A stretch of DNA of 64,000 nt from the human T2T-CHM13v2.0 reference genome, Homo sapiens. The position numbers were made by a program, and so were the translations under genes. Positions 43,666 to 57,744 of this stretch are shown here, in pieces. The notes under the pieces were generated by a model. The model had not been told where the DNA came from. It ran no database searches and was given only the letters and a program-made list of their open reading frames with translations. The stretch's first letter is position 1, and every line of letters begins with the position of its first letter. Location of the stretch: the NCBI RefSeq assembly GCF_009914755.1, contig NC_060941.1. One strand, 5' to 3'.

Positions 43666-43959
43666 TTTCTTTGTTTTTGAGACAGGGTCTCACATTTTCA
43701 CCCAGGCTGGAGTGCAGTGGCATGATCTCAGTTCATTGCAACCTTTGCCTCCAGGTTCAAGTGATTCTCATGCCTCAGCCTCCCAAGTAGCTGCGACTAC
43801 AGGCCTGCACCAACATGCCTGGCTAATTTTTGTATTTTTAGTAGAGATGGAGTTTCATCATGTTGGCCAGGCTGGTCTTGAACACCTGGCCGCAAGTGAT
43901 CTGCCTGCCTTTGCCTCCCAAAGTGCTGGGATTACAGGCATGAGCCACTGTGACGGGCC
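43666..43959 (-). mobile_element. Alu (Jb/Sz-like)
   Basis: gagacagggtctcac...gcaagtgatctgcctgcc. Confidence 0.9.
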
Positions 43960-44199
43960 TTTTGTGCCTTCTTTATCTTTAGAGTGCCTTCCCAGTACCC
44001 CAGATCAAGCTCTGTAAAACTGTATATTCAAGAAGTGATCTTTCTTTTCCTGTTCTGTAATTTATATAGAAGACCATTACATTTATCTCTTAGAGACAGA
44101 TTACAGATTAATATGCATTTATAAATCTTTGCATATTTTCTAGTTTTGAGAAAGTTTTTCTCTACCCAAATTAATTTTTTCTGTTAATTGGTCAGTGGG

Positions 44200-44576
44200 T
44201 ATATTAGTCCATTCTCATGCTTCTGTGAAGGAATACCTGAGACTGGGTAACTTATAAAGGAAAGAGGTTTAATTGACTCACAGTTCAGCACGGGTGAGGA
44301 GGCCTTAGGAAGCTTAGAATCATGGCGGAAGGGGAAGCAGACATGTCCTTATTTACATGATGGCAGGAAGGAGAAGTGCTGAGCAAAAGGGGGAAAAGCC
44401 ACTTATACAACCATCAAATCTCATGAGAACTCACTCACAATCACGAGAACAGCAGTATGGAGTAATTGCTTCCATGATTCAATTACCTGCCACTGGGTCC
44501 CTCCCATGACATGTGGGGATTATGGGAACTACAATTCGAGATGAGACTTGGGTGGGGATATAGCCAAACCATATCA
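44200..44576 (-). mobile_element. THE1C-like solo LTR
   Basis: tatattagtccattctcatgc...agccaaaccatatca; 5-bp TSD GTGGG at 44195-44199 and 44577-44581. Confidence 0.92.
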
Positions 44577-45102
44577 GTGGGTCACTGATGGCCTAGAGAA
44601 AATCTTCATTCACTCTGCATATGTTAAAAGAAAACACCTGAAGAGATTTGCAAAATGAGCTCCACTGCCTTGACCGAAAGAGGAGGAGCAGCAAGGGAAA
44701 AGCAACCAAGTGGGGAGGCTGTTTGTTCAGTTTTCTCAAAAGTAAAGACCAGGAAGCCAAATATAAGAGAAATGGAACACAGAAATATTTGAAACAGGTG
44801 ATTATCAAGAAGAATTTAAATTCAGTCTTTGCTATTTCCTCTTCATGGTTATTTTTATGTATAATCATCATTAATTTTCTTGAGAGGAGATAAAAATGTG
44901 GAGGGGAGACTGCATGTAATGTCAGACAGGTGGCCTTGAGGATGAGTAAACATTTGGTAAGTGCCTAGGCCAGTAGAACAAGAAGGCAAGGGCACAGTGA
45001 AGGACAGAGGGTTATCAGGAGCAAAGCAGATGGCAGTTTAAAAGCACATGCAGAATATTCTGGGGGCAAGCATTCTGGGAGACAATTCTCACTCAGCAAT
45101 CA

Positions 45103-45801
45103 TGAAACTGCCTTTGCAAAAATTATAACAGTGAAATGGGAGGGGGGGAGATCTGATCTAGCTAACCTCCTTCTTGCCTTTAGCCTTCAAGCTGCCTTAA
45201 TTATTCCTGGGCTTAGGCTGGGTAACTTTGGGACACATTTAGTTTAAATGATAATAGCCCTTTCCCAAAACTCAACTTCCTTTGTAAAGCTAATGAGAGA
45301 CCACTAGGCTAGGAGGAGGAGAGGAGCCTAAATTCTGCTAAGGTGTAAACATAAACAATGGCCAGCCATTATTCTAGAAGTCACAAGATATGCAACTTCC
45401 CCAATTATTCCTGCAGATAACATCACTATCAGTAGAACCTAAGATTGGCCTTTGAGATATCTTCAGGTTTTTTTGCATGTCTGACACCCATGGCTCCACC
45501 TAGATCTGCCAGCTGCTCCTGTGGCCCCACCCAGAAGTGACTCAGTGCAAGAAGAAAGCTTCAACTCCCTATGATTTAATCTCCAACTCAACCATCAGCA
45601 CCCATTGCCTAGCCCCTACTCCTTCCCTCAAATGATCTTTGAAAAACCCCTAACATATAAACCTTCAATGAGATTGATTTCAGTAATAACTCCGTCTCTT
45701 GTGTGATATGGCTGGCTTCATGTCAATTAAATGCTTTCCTCACTGCAATGCCATGGTATGTGTTTGTGCAGTAGTAAGGAAGAACCCATTGGGCAGTTAC
45801 A
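45103..45801 (+). mobile_element. LTR8/LTR8A-like ERV1 solo LTR
   Basis: tgaaactgcctttgcaaaaattataacagtga start; gaacccattgggcagttaca end. Confidence 0.85.
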
Positions 45802-45934
45802 GTGACAGAGACTGTCAGTGACCAAAGGGCCCAAGACAGAGAAAAAAGTAAAGGAGCTGGGAGAAAGAGGAGTTAATAGTTCAGGAATTAGGGAAATGAG
45901 AAAGAAGGAATTATATTTACTGGATCTCCAGTGT

Positions 45935-46399
45935 TTGTTGGCAGTGGTAATGTCAAGTTGGCTGGGCCATGGCACTGAGATATTTGGCCAACATTATTTT
46001 GGATGTTTCTGTGAGGGGGTTTTTGAATGAGATTTACACTTAAGTGAGTAGAGTTTGAGTAAAGCATATTGCCCTCCAAAATATGAGTTCTCCTTATCCA
46101 GTCAGTTCAAGGACTGAGTAGAACAAGGACTAACCTCCCATGAGCAAGAGGAAGTTCTGCCAGCAGACTGCTTTCCAACTTCATCTGCAACATTGGCTTT
46201 TCCTGGCTCACCAGCAGACTGTCTTCAGACTTGAAGTTCAACTTTTTCCTGAGTCAGTCCTCAGTCTGTTGGCCTCCCCAGTCAGATTTTAGATTCACCA
46301 GGTTTATACAGTTGTGTGAGCCAATGACTTAAGATAAATCTTTTTCTCTCTCTCCATATCCACTTGATTCTGTTTCTCTGGAGAGTTCAGACCCATACA
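45935..46399 (+). mobile_element. MLT2C/D-like ERVL LTR
   Basis: tgtcaagttggctgggccatgg...gagtaaagcatattgccctcc...tctgtttctctggagag...cataca. Confidence 0.8.
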
Positions 46400-46573
46400 G
46401 TGATGTCACAGGCACTCTGTGCATATCTCACTGCATTCTTAAGGGCATTGATTGTTGAAGGTCAAATAGTTACAAATAGTGGTAGAGACAATATTCAAAT
46501 CCACATCAAGTCCCATGTTATCCTCATCAAATCACCCTCCTTGGGGCCCAGAAAAGGACTTTTGAAAAACTAG

Positions 46574-47325
46574 TGAGAGAGACAGTAGAAAGAAACTAGC
46601 AAGGCAGATAGGGCAGAGTCCTCGGCAGAACTTTCCTTCTAACGAAAAGCAGCCCAAGAAATCACTTCTCTTCTAACAAAGAGCAGCCTGGAAGATTGGG
46701 CTGCAAACATAGATAAGGAAGTGCACTCTGGCACAGAGAGGGAGCTTCCTGGGTAATCAGCTAGCTTCACATACATACGGTGGGTCCCAGCAAGCACAGT
46801 GGGGCTTAGTAAGCACATTCCTTTCCTTTTTTAGGCATACTCAGATAAGGAAGTTGGAAACTTGCATGGGGAATGCCTGCAGCTGCACTGATAGAAAGGA
46901 TTACCTTGGGCCAGGCATGCTCATTGTGGGAGCACCATCCCCTCTCCTTTAGCACATGCACTGTAGGAAAGAGATAAACAAGACAGAGTAGTTCAGGCTA
47001 AGGACCCGCCTGCATAATAAAAGATTGGGATGGGGACTGCCAGAGATTCATGCTCTATGCAGATGACACACCTCGTTTTAACTGTTTTTTGTACCCTATG
47101 TAGATAAGGTACCCCCTCCCCACTAGCTCATTTATAAAAACCCTTGCATTTCACTGCAGAATGGCAACCCTTTTTGGGACCCCGCTCTGCAGCAGAGAGC
47201 TGTTCTCTTTTTTTTGCCCAGTAAACTTCTGCTCTAACCTCACCCTTGGTGTGTCTGCGTCCTTGATTTCCTTGGCTGTCAGACAAAGAACTTCGGGTGC
47301 CACCCCAGGCAATGAGGCCTTTTCA
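46574..47325 (+). mobile_element. MER50-like ERV1 solo LTR
   Basis: TG...CA termini with perfect 4-bp TSD CTAG (46570-46573, 47326-47329); tataaaa and agtaaa signals. Confidence 0.8.
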
Positions 47326-48379
47326 CTAGAACTTGGATCATGGATACTCTTGTTTGTGTGAGGAACTAATGGAGAATCAAGTAACTGGGCTTGCTGCTTC
47401 ACTGTGCTGTGCTGTACAAAACACAGCTGGTCTTTAAGGCTGAGAAAACACAATGTCAGGTCCTTGCCAGCTCAGGTTGGCTGGGATCAGGATGACTTGA
47501 TCCTTCTGAGCCCTTCAGTTTCAGTGGAAGGAGAGGTGATTTTTTTTTCCATCCCAGGTGCCTGGGAGTTCACCTGGAGAGTCCATTATCTCATCAACCA
47601 TGTGCCAAAGAGATGCTCTGCTTTTCCGTTGCTTCTCGATATTTCCTGGCAGCAGCCCTCTGCCCTCAACCCCCTTGATTCCTGCCTCTCTCAGTGTAAA
47701 CATGGGATCCAAAAAGCATAGGGCACAAGGGAGGAAGGAAGTAAATCCAGGGTCCATGATATAGGAGAGGGGCCACTGGACAAAGGGATGACATAGCTCT
47801 CCCATATCAATTTTCCCTATTTAGGACAAAAAGAAGGCCTGAGATGAAAAAGTAATTTTCTCATGATTCCTTTCTGCCTTTTGGCAGCTTGAGTTTTAGG
47901 AATGCAAAAACAGAACAGGTTTTTCCAATTGCTTTGGGCAGCAGAGTGAGTCCCAAATGTCACATGACTGAGCTCTTCCACTTCTTGAAATTAGGGCCAG
48001 CTGCTTGACAGCCAGCAGCTAAGGGATGTGGAGGTGCCAGTTGGTGTATGGGAAACATTAAAAACCCACCACCCTAACTGGTTTGTGGCTCCTTTGGGCA
48101 TTGGAAGCAGAAAGAAAGGAGGGAAGTATAATTGCTTTATTCTCCAATGATTTTCTTTGAAAGGAATCTGTGATTTAACTATAAATAAATGAGAATGGCC
48201 TTTTAAATATCTGCTATGTCAAAAGCTGTACATCCCTGGGAGCATTAAACATCATTAAACCCTATCAATGTAGTCATCTTGATGACATGCTTATTCCAGA
48301 TCTTTGCTGGAGTAGGCCTTTTCTATAATCGTTACTTCTTTGTCTTCAGAAGCCATGCATAAAAGCCCATGCATTCATC

Positions 48380-49079
<700 letters not shown>

Positions 49080-49247
49080 TCATTTTTTGTCCAGTTCTTT
49101 GCTGAAAAAAATTAGAATTTATTGGGAGACTTAAAAACTCAGGTGATTTCAAGTTTTAAAGAACTCTGGATTTCCAGTTTCTCTTAAAGAAATCAGAAAG
49201 TCTGACAATACTGAGCCTGGATTTTCATGTAGCATCAATCATCCAGG

Positions 49248-50302
49248 CAGAGTAAAGCAAGCCAGGGCCTGTGGGCCAAATCCAGCCCCCTACCTGAAGA
49301 AATCCACACCAAGGAAATTGATGCCAACACACCTCATAAGCGAAATCCAGAAACTTAGAACAAAGAAAAAGTCTGCAAAAGATTGAAAGAAAGATAACAT
49401 TTTCACTGTAATTTCTCCTTGGAACCCATGAAAGCCAGAAGGACATGGCATAATGTGCTCAGGAAAAGAACTGTCAACTCACAATTCTACATCCAGTGAA
49501 AATATCCTTCAGAAATAAAAGGAAGAGCAAGACGAAGAAAAGGAAAGAAAAGTAAGAGAGTGGCAGAGTGCTTTTTTTAAAAAATAATCTAAAATAGGTA
49601 AAAATAAATGAAACAAAAATCTGATTCTTTGGAAAGATCAATGAAATTGAGAAACCTCAATTTCAAAATTTACAAAGAAAAAAGAGAAAGGAAACACCTA
49701 TTACCAACACCAGAAATGAACCGGAAGATATCATTACAGACTCTACAGGCATCCAAAGGCTAATAAGAGAATACTACAAACCACACTACAAACATAAAAT
49801 AGACTATTTAAATGAAATGGGCCAATTCCCCCAAAGGCACAAACCACTGCAAAAGATGAAATAGATAATTTGAATAGCCTTGTTAACTATATGAGAAATT
49901 GAATTTTTTAATTTAAAAACTTCATAAAAAGAAATCTCTAAGCTCAGATGGTTTTGCTGGAGATTTCTACCAAATGTCTGAGGAAGAATTAACACTAATT
50001 CTATAAAATCTCTTTCAGAAACATAGAAGAGGAAACACTTCCCAACTCATTTTTCTGATATCCAAAACAGAAAACAACAGTACAAAGAAAGAAACAACAA
50101 GCCAATGTCTCTCATGAATATAGCCACCACCTGTTTTTGTAGATAAAATCTTCTTGGAGCAAAGCCGGACCCACCGTTTACTTATTGTCTAATGACTGCT
50201 TTCACACTTCAATGACCGAGCTGAGTAGTTTTGATAGACCGTATGGCCCACGAAGCCTAACACATTTAATATCTGGCCCTTACAGAAAAGCTTGGCTGAT
50301 TA
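49248..50302. mobile_element. MER58A-like element split by an L1 fragment
   Basis: ggcctgtgggccaaatccagccccctacctg [L1] ccacctgtttttgtagataaaa...gtatggcccacgaagcctaa...atctggcccttacagaaaag. Confidence 0.75.
49297..50121 (+). mobile_element. L1M internal fragment (ORF1 end joined to ORF2 linker/RT start)
   Basis: aattctacatccagtgaaaatatccttcagaaat; ttctttggaaagatcaatgaaattga; ccaatgtctctcatgaata; no poly-A. Confidence 0.8.
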
Positions 50303-53031
50303 GATCTAGGGCTGAAAAGCTATTGACCCCTTTACACGGGACACACACAGTCTCTAGTAGTTAGCAGAGGTCTTCCATTTCTTAGTGTCTTACATCTGGC
50401 CAGTATGAATCATCTGTATTTTCATTTAACCCTTGCACATACTGGCAAAATTGTTTTATAGCCATCCTTTTTCTTAACCTACAAAATACAACCCTAGATG
50501 TGTGTGTGTGTATATATATAACATTTTTGCTGAAATTGTTTGTGGCTAATTTGCTCATTTTCAAAAATTTGAAATGTAAAATAAAGATTCTGCTTCCAAC
50601 AACTATGGAATGACTTATAGCAGATTAACGATCCTGCTGAAAATAACTAGGAAAGATGGATAACATTCATAAACATTTCTGTGAAGGTATTGGAAGTTAG
50701 CCAAAGCAGTTGAACAAGAGGGGCCCAGATTCAGGTGAGAAGGAAAATACCTTGAAGTGAGGTTTACGTGTTATGCTCCCCTCAGGGAATTTGCAAATGT
50801 ACATCATGGGTCATAGAGAACCAAATGAGGTTGCTTGGAGCTTGTAGCAGTTATACTGGACTAAGGGTAAAACTTGAGCTTAGGATTACCAAGGCAGCCA
50901 GGACGTGAGGTGCCAATGTCCCAGAGCACAGTAAACTGGAGAGAAATAAGCCTCACATTCTAAGTGCTATTTCTACTTGAAGCAGTTACTGATTACTAAA
51001 TTCCACATGCCTAGAGCGCTGATCTAAAAAAACAAGCAGAAAATAGTAGCTTAGAAGATAAAAAGCTAAGCAGAGGTTTCAGCAGTCTCACTGCTGGAGA
51101 GACAAACATTGAAATTCAGAGCTTGCCAAGGAGGAGGGGCCTGGCGAACATCCTAGGCTTTTAGTTGAGCCTCATCAGGTGCTATGCACTAGGATTAAGG
51201 TGACCAGAAATTGACCAGCTCTCACAAAGCCTGAAACAGAGCTTTCATCCGTTGTTGGATGAAAACACATGATTTTCATCCCTTGTTGGATCAAGGTGAT
51301 GAGACTAACCATATTTGCTTGCCAGAAGAAAATTAATCATCTCTGGAGAAAGATAACATCACCTAGAACCACTGTAGTTTTTACATACAATGTCTGACAG
51401 TCAATTAAAATGACCTGATATACCAGGAAGCACGGCCAATCAACCCAGTCCTAAGAGGAAAAACAGACAGTAGTGAGACACAGACTTTAAAATAAATATT
51501 ATAAATATGTTAAAAAACAAATGAACATATAGAGAATTTCACTAGAGAATTGGAAATGATTTTATTGTGGATAAAAAGACGTAGAAATTTATAGGTTAAA
51601 AAATAACATAAGAAATGAAGAATTTAATAAATGGATTTAATAGCAGATTAGACACAGAAGAAGAAATGGCTAGTAAATTCTCTTTTAAAATACCCAGATT
51701 GGAGCACAGATACTAAAATAAAGAATGGAAAATATAGAAAAAGTATAAGAAGCCTATGAAAATTTCTGAAATTGGCTAGCATGTGTAATTGGAGTGCCAG
51801 AAAAAGAGGAGAAATGGTGTTAGGGAGAAACAGTATTTGAAAAGATGCTGGTTGATAATTTCCAAGTTGACAAAAGGCATCAATTCACAAATTGAAGAAT
51901 CTCTTACACTAAGCGAAGTAAATGTAAAGACAGCCCAACCTATTAAAATTGCAGAAAGACCAAGAAAGTAAAAAAATGTTAGAAGCAGCTGGAGAAAAAA
52001 GACATATTATATTCAAAGGAGAAATTATATGGCCAAAAGCTGTCTTTCAACATAAACTATAGAAGCCAGAAGATAATAAAATGATAAGTTTAAAGTGCCG
52101 AAGGAAAAAGGTGCTAATATAGAAAACTACACCCAGAAAAACTATCCCTTAATAAGTGAAGATGAAATATAGACATTTTGAGAAAGAATTTTGTAGATTA
52201 AAAAAATTGGAGGTTATTCATTTTCATTTTGTAAAAGAATGATACCAAAAACTTGGCTAGAAAGGAAAACTATAGGCCAATCTCTCTTACAAAAATATGT
52301 AAAAATTTAAACATTATACTAGCAAATCACACCCAGTGACGTATAAGGTAACACATCATGCAAATTTGCCTCCTGGAATGCAAATTTGGTTTAGCATTTG
52401 ATAATCAAATAATGTAAGTCACCATGTTAACAGAATAAAGACTAAAAAACATAATAATCTCATTGGATGCAGAAAGAATATTTGATAAAATTCAACACCT
52501 ATTCATGATAAAAAATCACCTTACAAACTAGGAAACAAAGGGAACTTTTTAAATTTGATAAAGGTTATTTATAAAGGACTTATAGCAAACATCCTGCTTA
52601 ATGGTGAAATATTGAAAGCTTTCCCGCTGAGATCAGGGGCAAGATAAGGATGCTTACAAATACCACCTATTTTCAGTATGGCATAGAAGGTCAGTGCAAT
52701 AAAGCAATGAAAAAAAAAAGCCTTTAAAAATGGCAGATGAATAAATGAAACAATTACTATTTGAGGAAGCCACATATATAAACACTATTTGTGCATGTAC
52801 AAAATTCAAAAGAATCTACTAGCAAACAATTAGAATTAATAAGTAAATTTAGCAAGGTTGATGGATAAAAGGTCAACATAGAAAAATCAACTGTATTTTT
52901 ATACAGTACCAATAATTACAAATGAAAAATTTTAAATGACACCTCTTACAGTCACACCAATAACTTAAAAAATCTAGAAATATGTCTAAACGAGATTTTA
53001 TTATCTTTGCATAGAACACCATAAAAATTAT

Positions 53032-53295
53032 TGTATTAGTTTCATAGGTCTGCTGTAACAAATTACCACAAATTAGTGCCTTTTAAGGCACAAATTAGTG
53101 CCTTAAAACAATAGAAATTTATTCTCTTACTGTTATGGAGGTCAGAAGTCTGAGCCAACATGTTGGCAGGGACATCCACCTTCTGGAGTCTCCAGGGGGA
53201 ACTCTTTCCCTGCCTCTTCCAGCTTCTGGTGGCTCCGGGCATTCCTTGGTTGCATGACTTTAATCTCTTCCTCCATCTTCACATAGCCTTCTCCC

Positions 53296-53354
<59 letters not shown>

Positions 53355-54386
53355 AGAAATCTCCTGCTTTTCTCTTATCAGGACACCTGACATTAGATTT
53401 AAGACTTATGCTAGACCCAGGATGATCTCGAAAAATTTTAAATGTCAAGATCCTTAACATTAGTTATATCTACAAAGACTCTTTTCCTGATAAGTATGAC
53501 ATGAACAGGAGAAAGGGAAACACTGGGTAGAAGAGGGTGGTTCCCTGGCAAAGGCACAACCCTCAAGCCTGGAGACCCGTGGCCCTAAGTGGGAACAGGC
53601 ATTTCTGTTTTCACACCCAAAAAGTTGCCTTTTGGCCCTCCACACGCCCTATCCTGTACCCATATAAACTCCGAATCCCAGGCTCCACAAGCAGACAAGC
53701 AGACAGATGAGCAGATGAGGAGACAAGGAGATGAGGAGACAAGCAGATGAATGGTGGAATGGCATGACAGAGAAGCAGAGAAGAGAAGGAACGTCTAAAC
53801 ACTGAGAGGAGTCCGGCTGGGTTTGGTTGAAGAAGAGTTTGGCCACTAGATGGCCAAACTCCAGGAGAAGATCAACTTCCCACTCCATCCCCCTTCCAGC
53901 TCCCTATCCAACTCACTGACAGCCACCTCCAGCACTCAGTAAAACTCCATGTTCATCCCTCAAGCCTATGTGTGACCTGATTCTTCTGGGATGCTGGGCA
54001 AGAGCTGAGGATAAAGAAAGCTGTCACATTGGCCCTCTGCCCTTGTGAAAAGGCAGAGGTGTCCATTGAGCTGGTTAACACTTAAGCCATCTGTGGATGG
54101 CAAGGCTATAAGAGCACTGTAACACTGGGGCCTCAGACACCCACCCCTAGATGCCACCATGGGGCCAGAGCCCAAAGCACTCACCCCGGCTCTTGCACCT
54201 ACCTGTTTGTGTGCTCCTGCTCCTGTCAGGGGTGTGAGCAGTGGCAGAGACCAAAGAGGGGAGCCACACCCCTGTTATATGTCTTGTGAGGGCGATCAGG
54301 GAACTCTCCTGTTTCAAAGTCCCATTCACAGGTTTTGGGTGGAAATATCTTTTGGGCTGGGGGACCCACAATTCTAACACACTACA
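53032..54386 (-). mobile_element. MLT1B/C-like LTR inserted in L1 and interrupted by LTR1; contains (TG)n at 53299-53352
   Basis: tgtattagtttcataggtctgctgtaacaaattaccac start; ...acactaca end; TSD attat / atttt. Confidence 0.85.
53497..54316 (+). mobile_element. LTR1-family ERV1 solo LTR
   Basis: tgacatgaacaggagaaagggaaacactgggtagaagagggtggttccctggcaaagg...gaactctcctgtttca; aagt near both flanks. Confidence 0.85.
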
Positions 54387-55347
54387 ATTTTCAAGAGAAA
54401 TTAGTAATACTCTAAATAAATGGAAAAACATATTATAGTCATAGATTAAATATTGTAAAGATGGTAATGCTCACCAAACCAACTTATACATCCAATATCC
54501 TATCAAATCTTTGAAGTTTTTTTTAAATTGACAAACTAATTTTAAAATTTATATAGACAAGCAAGTGACCAACCATGTTAAAGATGATCTTGAAGAATAG
54601 AGTTGGAGGCTCTACACTACAGATAATATTATTATGAGGTTACAGTAAATATAGAAGAATGTTATTGATTTAAGGGTATACCAATGGTAGAGGAGAAGAG
54701 TGTGCAAAAACAATTCCATACATATACAGTCACCTAATTTACAACGACGTTACAGCATCACAGACAGATGACATTTTTAATAAATGTTGCTGAATCAATT
54801 AGATATTCACATGGGAATAATAATCTCGATTGCTTACTCACACCAAATAGGAAAATCAGTTCTAGAAAATATAAAAGGTAAAACAATAAACTTCTATAAA
54901 AAAGAGAAAATACTTAAACTTAGGGTGGATAGTAGTTTTTAAACAGGATTCACAATAAACGAAAGGAAAGAATATTTGATAAATTGGACTTCATGAAAAT
55001 AAAATATTGCTGTTTTTCAAAAGATGCTATAATAAAAGAGAAAACTCATTTACTGGGAAAAGAAATTTGAAATATATATCTAACAAAGGACTTATATCTA
55101 GTATCTATAAAGAATTTCTACAAATCATTAAGGAAAAAAACTCAAAAAAAAGGGTAAACAAATTACTTCCCAAAGAGACTATTTAACTGGACATTCAACA
55201 AAGAAAAAATGTTCAACGTTATTAGTCATCAGGAAAATGCAAATTAAAACTACATGAGATACTATTAGACACCCAAATGGCCCAAATTAAAAAAACCAAA
55301 AACGTAACCTAGTACGACATGCAACATTATTATTTAACTGTCATTAG

Positions 55348-55969
55348 TGTAACCTAGTACAAAAGGCAATATTATTTTTTCTAAGAAAAAAGAGAATGAG
55401 TTACTATTTTTAAAAATTGTTTTCTCTTCATTTCTGTTTACTCTATTTCCCCCATTCCTGACTTCCTACTTAGCCCTTTAGAAATGCAATTATAACCTCT
55501 TACCTCCCCTCACCAGATACTTGCTGCAGATCAAGTTCATGTAACTATGTGCTTAGAAGCTCCAGAGAGGAACTCTCACCCACCAGGAGACTGCCTTGAG
55601 AGATAATAGTCAACTCATAACCCAAAGTATGTTTGCTACAAAACTCTCTCCCACCCAGAGAGTTTTCAGCCACCTTTACAACCTATTTCTGCCCATGAAA
55701 ATGCCAACTCTACTGCCCGATAGGTAAGGCACCAATGTGATATGCAGGCCCCGACTTGTTCATTTCCACCTCTGCATAGACTCCCTCTTTAAAAGCACCC
55801 ACTTTCTGCTGCAAAAGTGAAGCAGTACCGTTAAGGATACTTAAGGCAGGAAGCCTGTACTTCCCCTATACTACTTTAGGAATAAAAAGTCACTTTCTTT
55901 ATACCAGACCTCACTCTTGTTAGTTAGACTCTGCTGGTGGTGAGTGACTGACCCTGTGTTTTGGTTACT
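55348..55969 (+). mobile_element. ERV1 (MER4-group) solo LTR, subfamily not determined
   Basis: tgtaacc start, aataaa at about 55881, ttggttac end; interrupts L1 sequence. Confidence 0.7.
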
Positions 55970-56431
55970 AAGCAGTGTTGAGAACTTGGAGTAAATGGAA
56001 TGTTCATACAATACTAGTCAGTGTAAATTTATATAACCACTTTGAAAAGCTGTTTGTCTATATCTATTAAACCTATGAATATATGCATGCCCTACTACCC
56101 ATCAATTACATTATTTGATATATAAACAATAGAAATAAAACATTTCGTCTGCCAAAAGAATGTATGAGAGATGTTGACGGAAGCATTATCACTGTAGCCA
56201 GAAAGTGAGAAAAACCCAAATATGCTTCAAATTATGATGGATATGATGTATTCAAACAGTGGCATATCATATGGTAATGAAAAATTACAAATGAGGGCTA
56301 CGTGTGACAATAAGAAAGTAGACTGAAATTTTTATATATTGTTAAATTTCATTAATATAAAGTACCAAAACAGAAAAACTAATTTATAGTAATAGAAGTC
56401 AGAATTGTGGTTTTCTTTGGGAGGAAGGCTA

Positions 56432-56833
<402 letters not shown>

Positions 56834-57744
56834 TTACTTTATAAGAGACAATATTCACTTAGATGTTCAGCTCTGCTTGCTAATAAACAAAATCTAGTCT
56901 CTTACCTACAGACTTATTCAACCGGTGTTCCTTGAGAGAATTAAGTCCTACAGAAAATGCTTTGAATGACTATTTTCTCAATTCTCCCATAGATAGTACA
57001 GAGTTAGGAGCATTTTCGATGCAAACAAGATAAGTTAATACAATGCATGTCCTAGGATCTGAGGGCTTAATTCCCTGCAGGATCCCTGGCTGAGAAGGGG
57101 TGTAACTTTAGAATTTCTCCTGGAAAAGTGGTGAGGGGTGGAGGTGGGGAAAATGGGATAAATTCCTACCCAGTTCTCCAGCCTGTCCTTTGACTTAGCA
57201 TGAAGGTAATTTATTTCCTGATACCAGAGAGAGTGTTTTCAACATTGAAGGAGCAATTGTGCTGTTGAGAAGTAATAGTGTATTTGAAAGCTTCTTTTTC
57301 CTTCATTTTTAAAACACTCTTTGAGACATTGGCTGTACTTGGATTTCCTTTTTCGCAGCTCCGTAGCATTTGTTTCTGCCAGAGAATAATGTTTTCTATT
57401 TAGGAATCACAACTGAAGAAGTGTTTGAGTCACATATGATTCCAGGGGCTATTGTTTGAGGTCTGCAGATGAAGTGAAAGCAAGAAGATAACCACAAGTT
57501 ATCACAAATGGCTAAGTGTTTTGAAGAGCAGATATCTACTCCAGATCACCTTCATTTGGTCATTTTTGAACTCATACGAAGGTTGTATTCCCTTTTCTTT
57601 CATCTCATACATCCCTACTTTCACCGTTTAGATCAGACATGGCCAGCATAACTGAGGAGCAGACTAGAGGCCAAATCTACTTTTGTCATATCCTCTGCTT
57701 GGTTCATCAGCCTGGCTTTAGACCCTAAGAGTTTTTAATCATAA

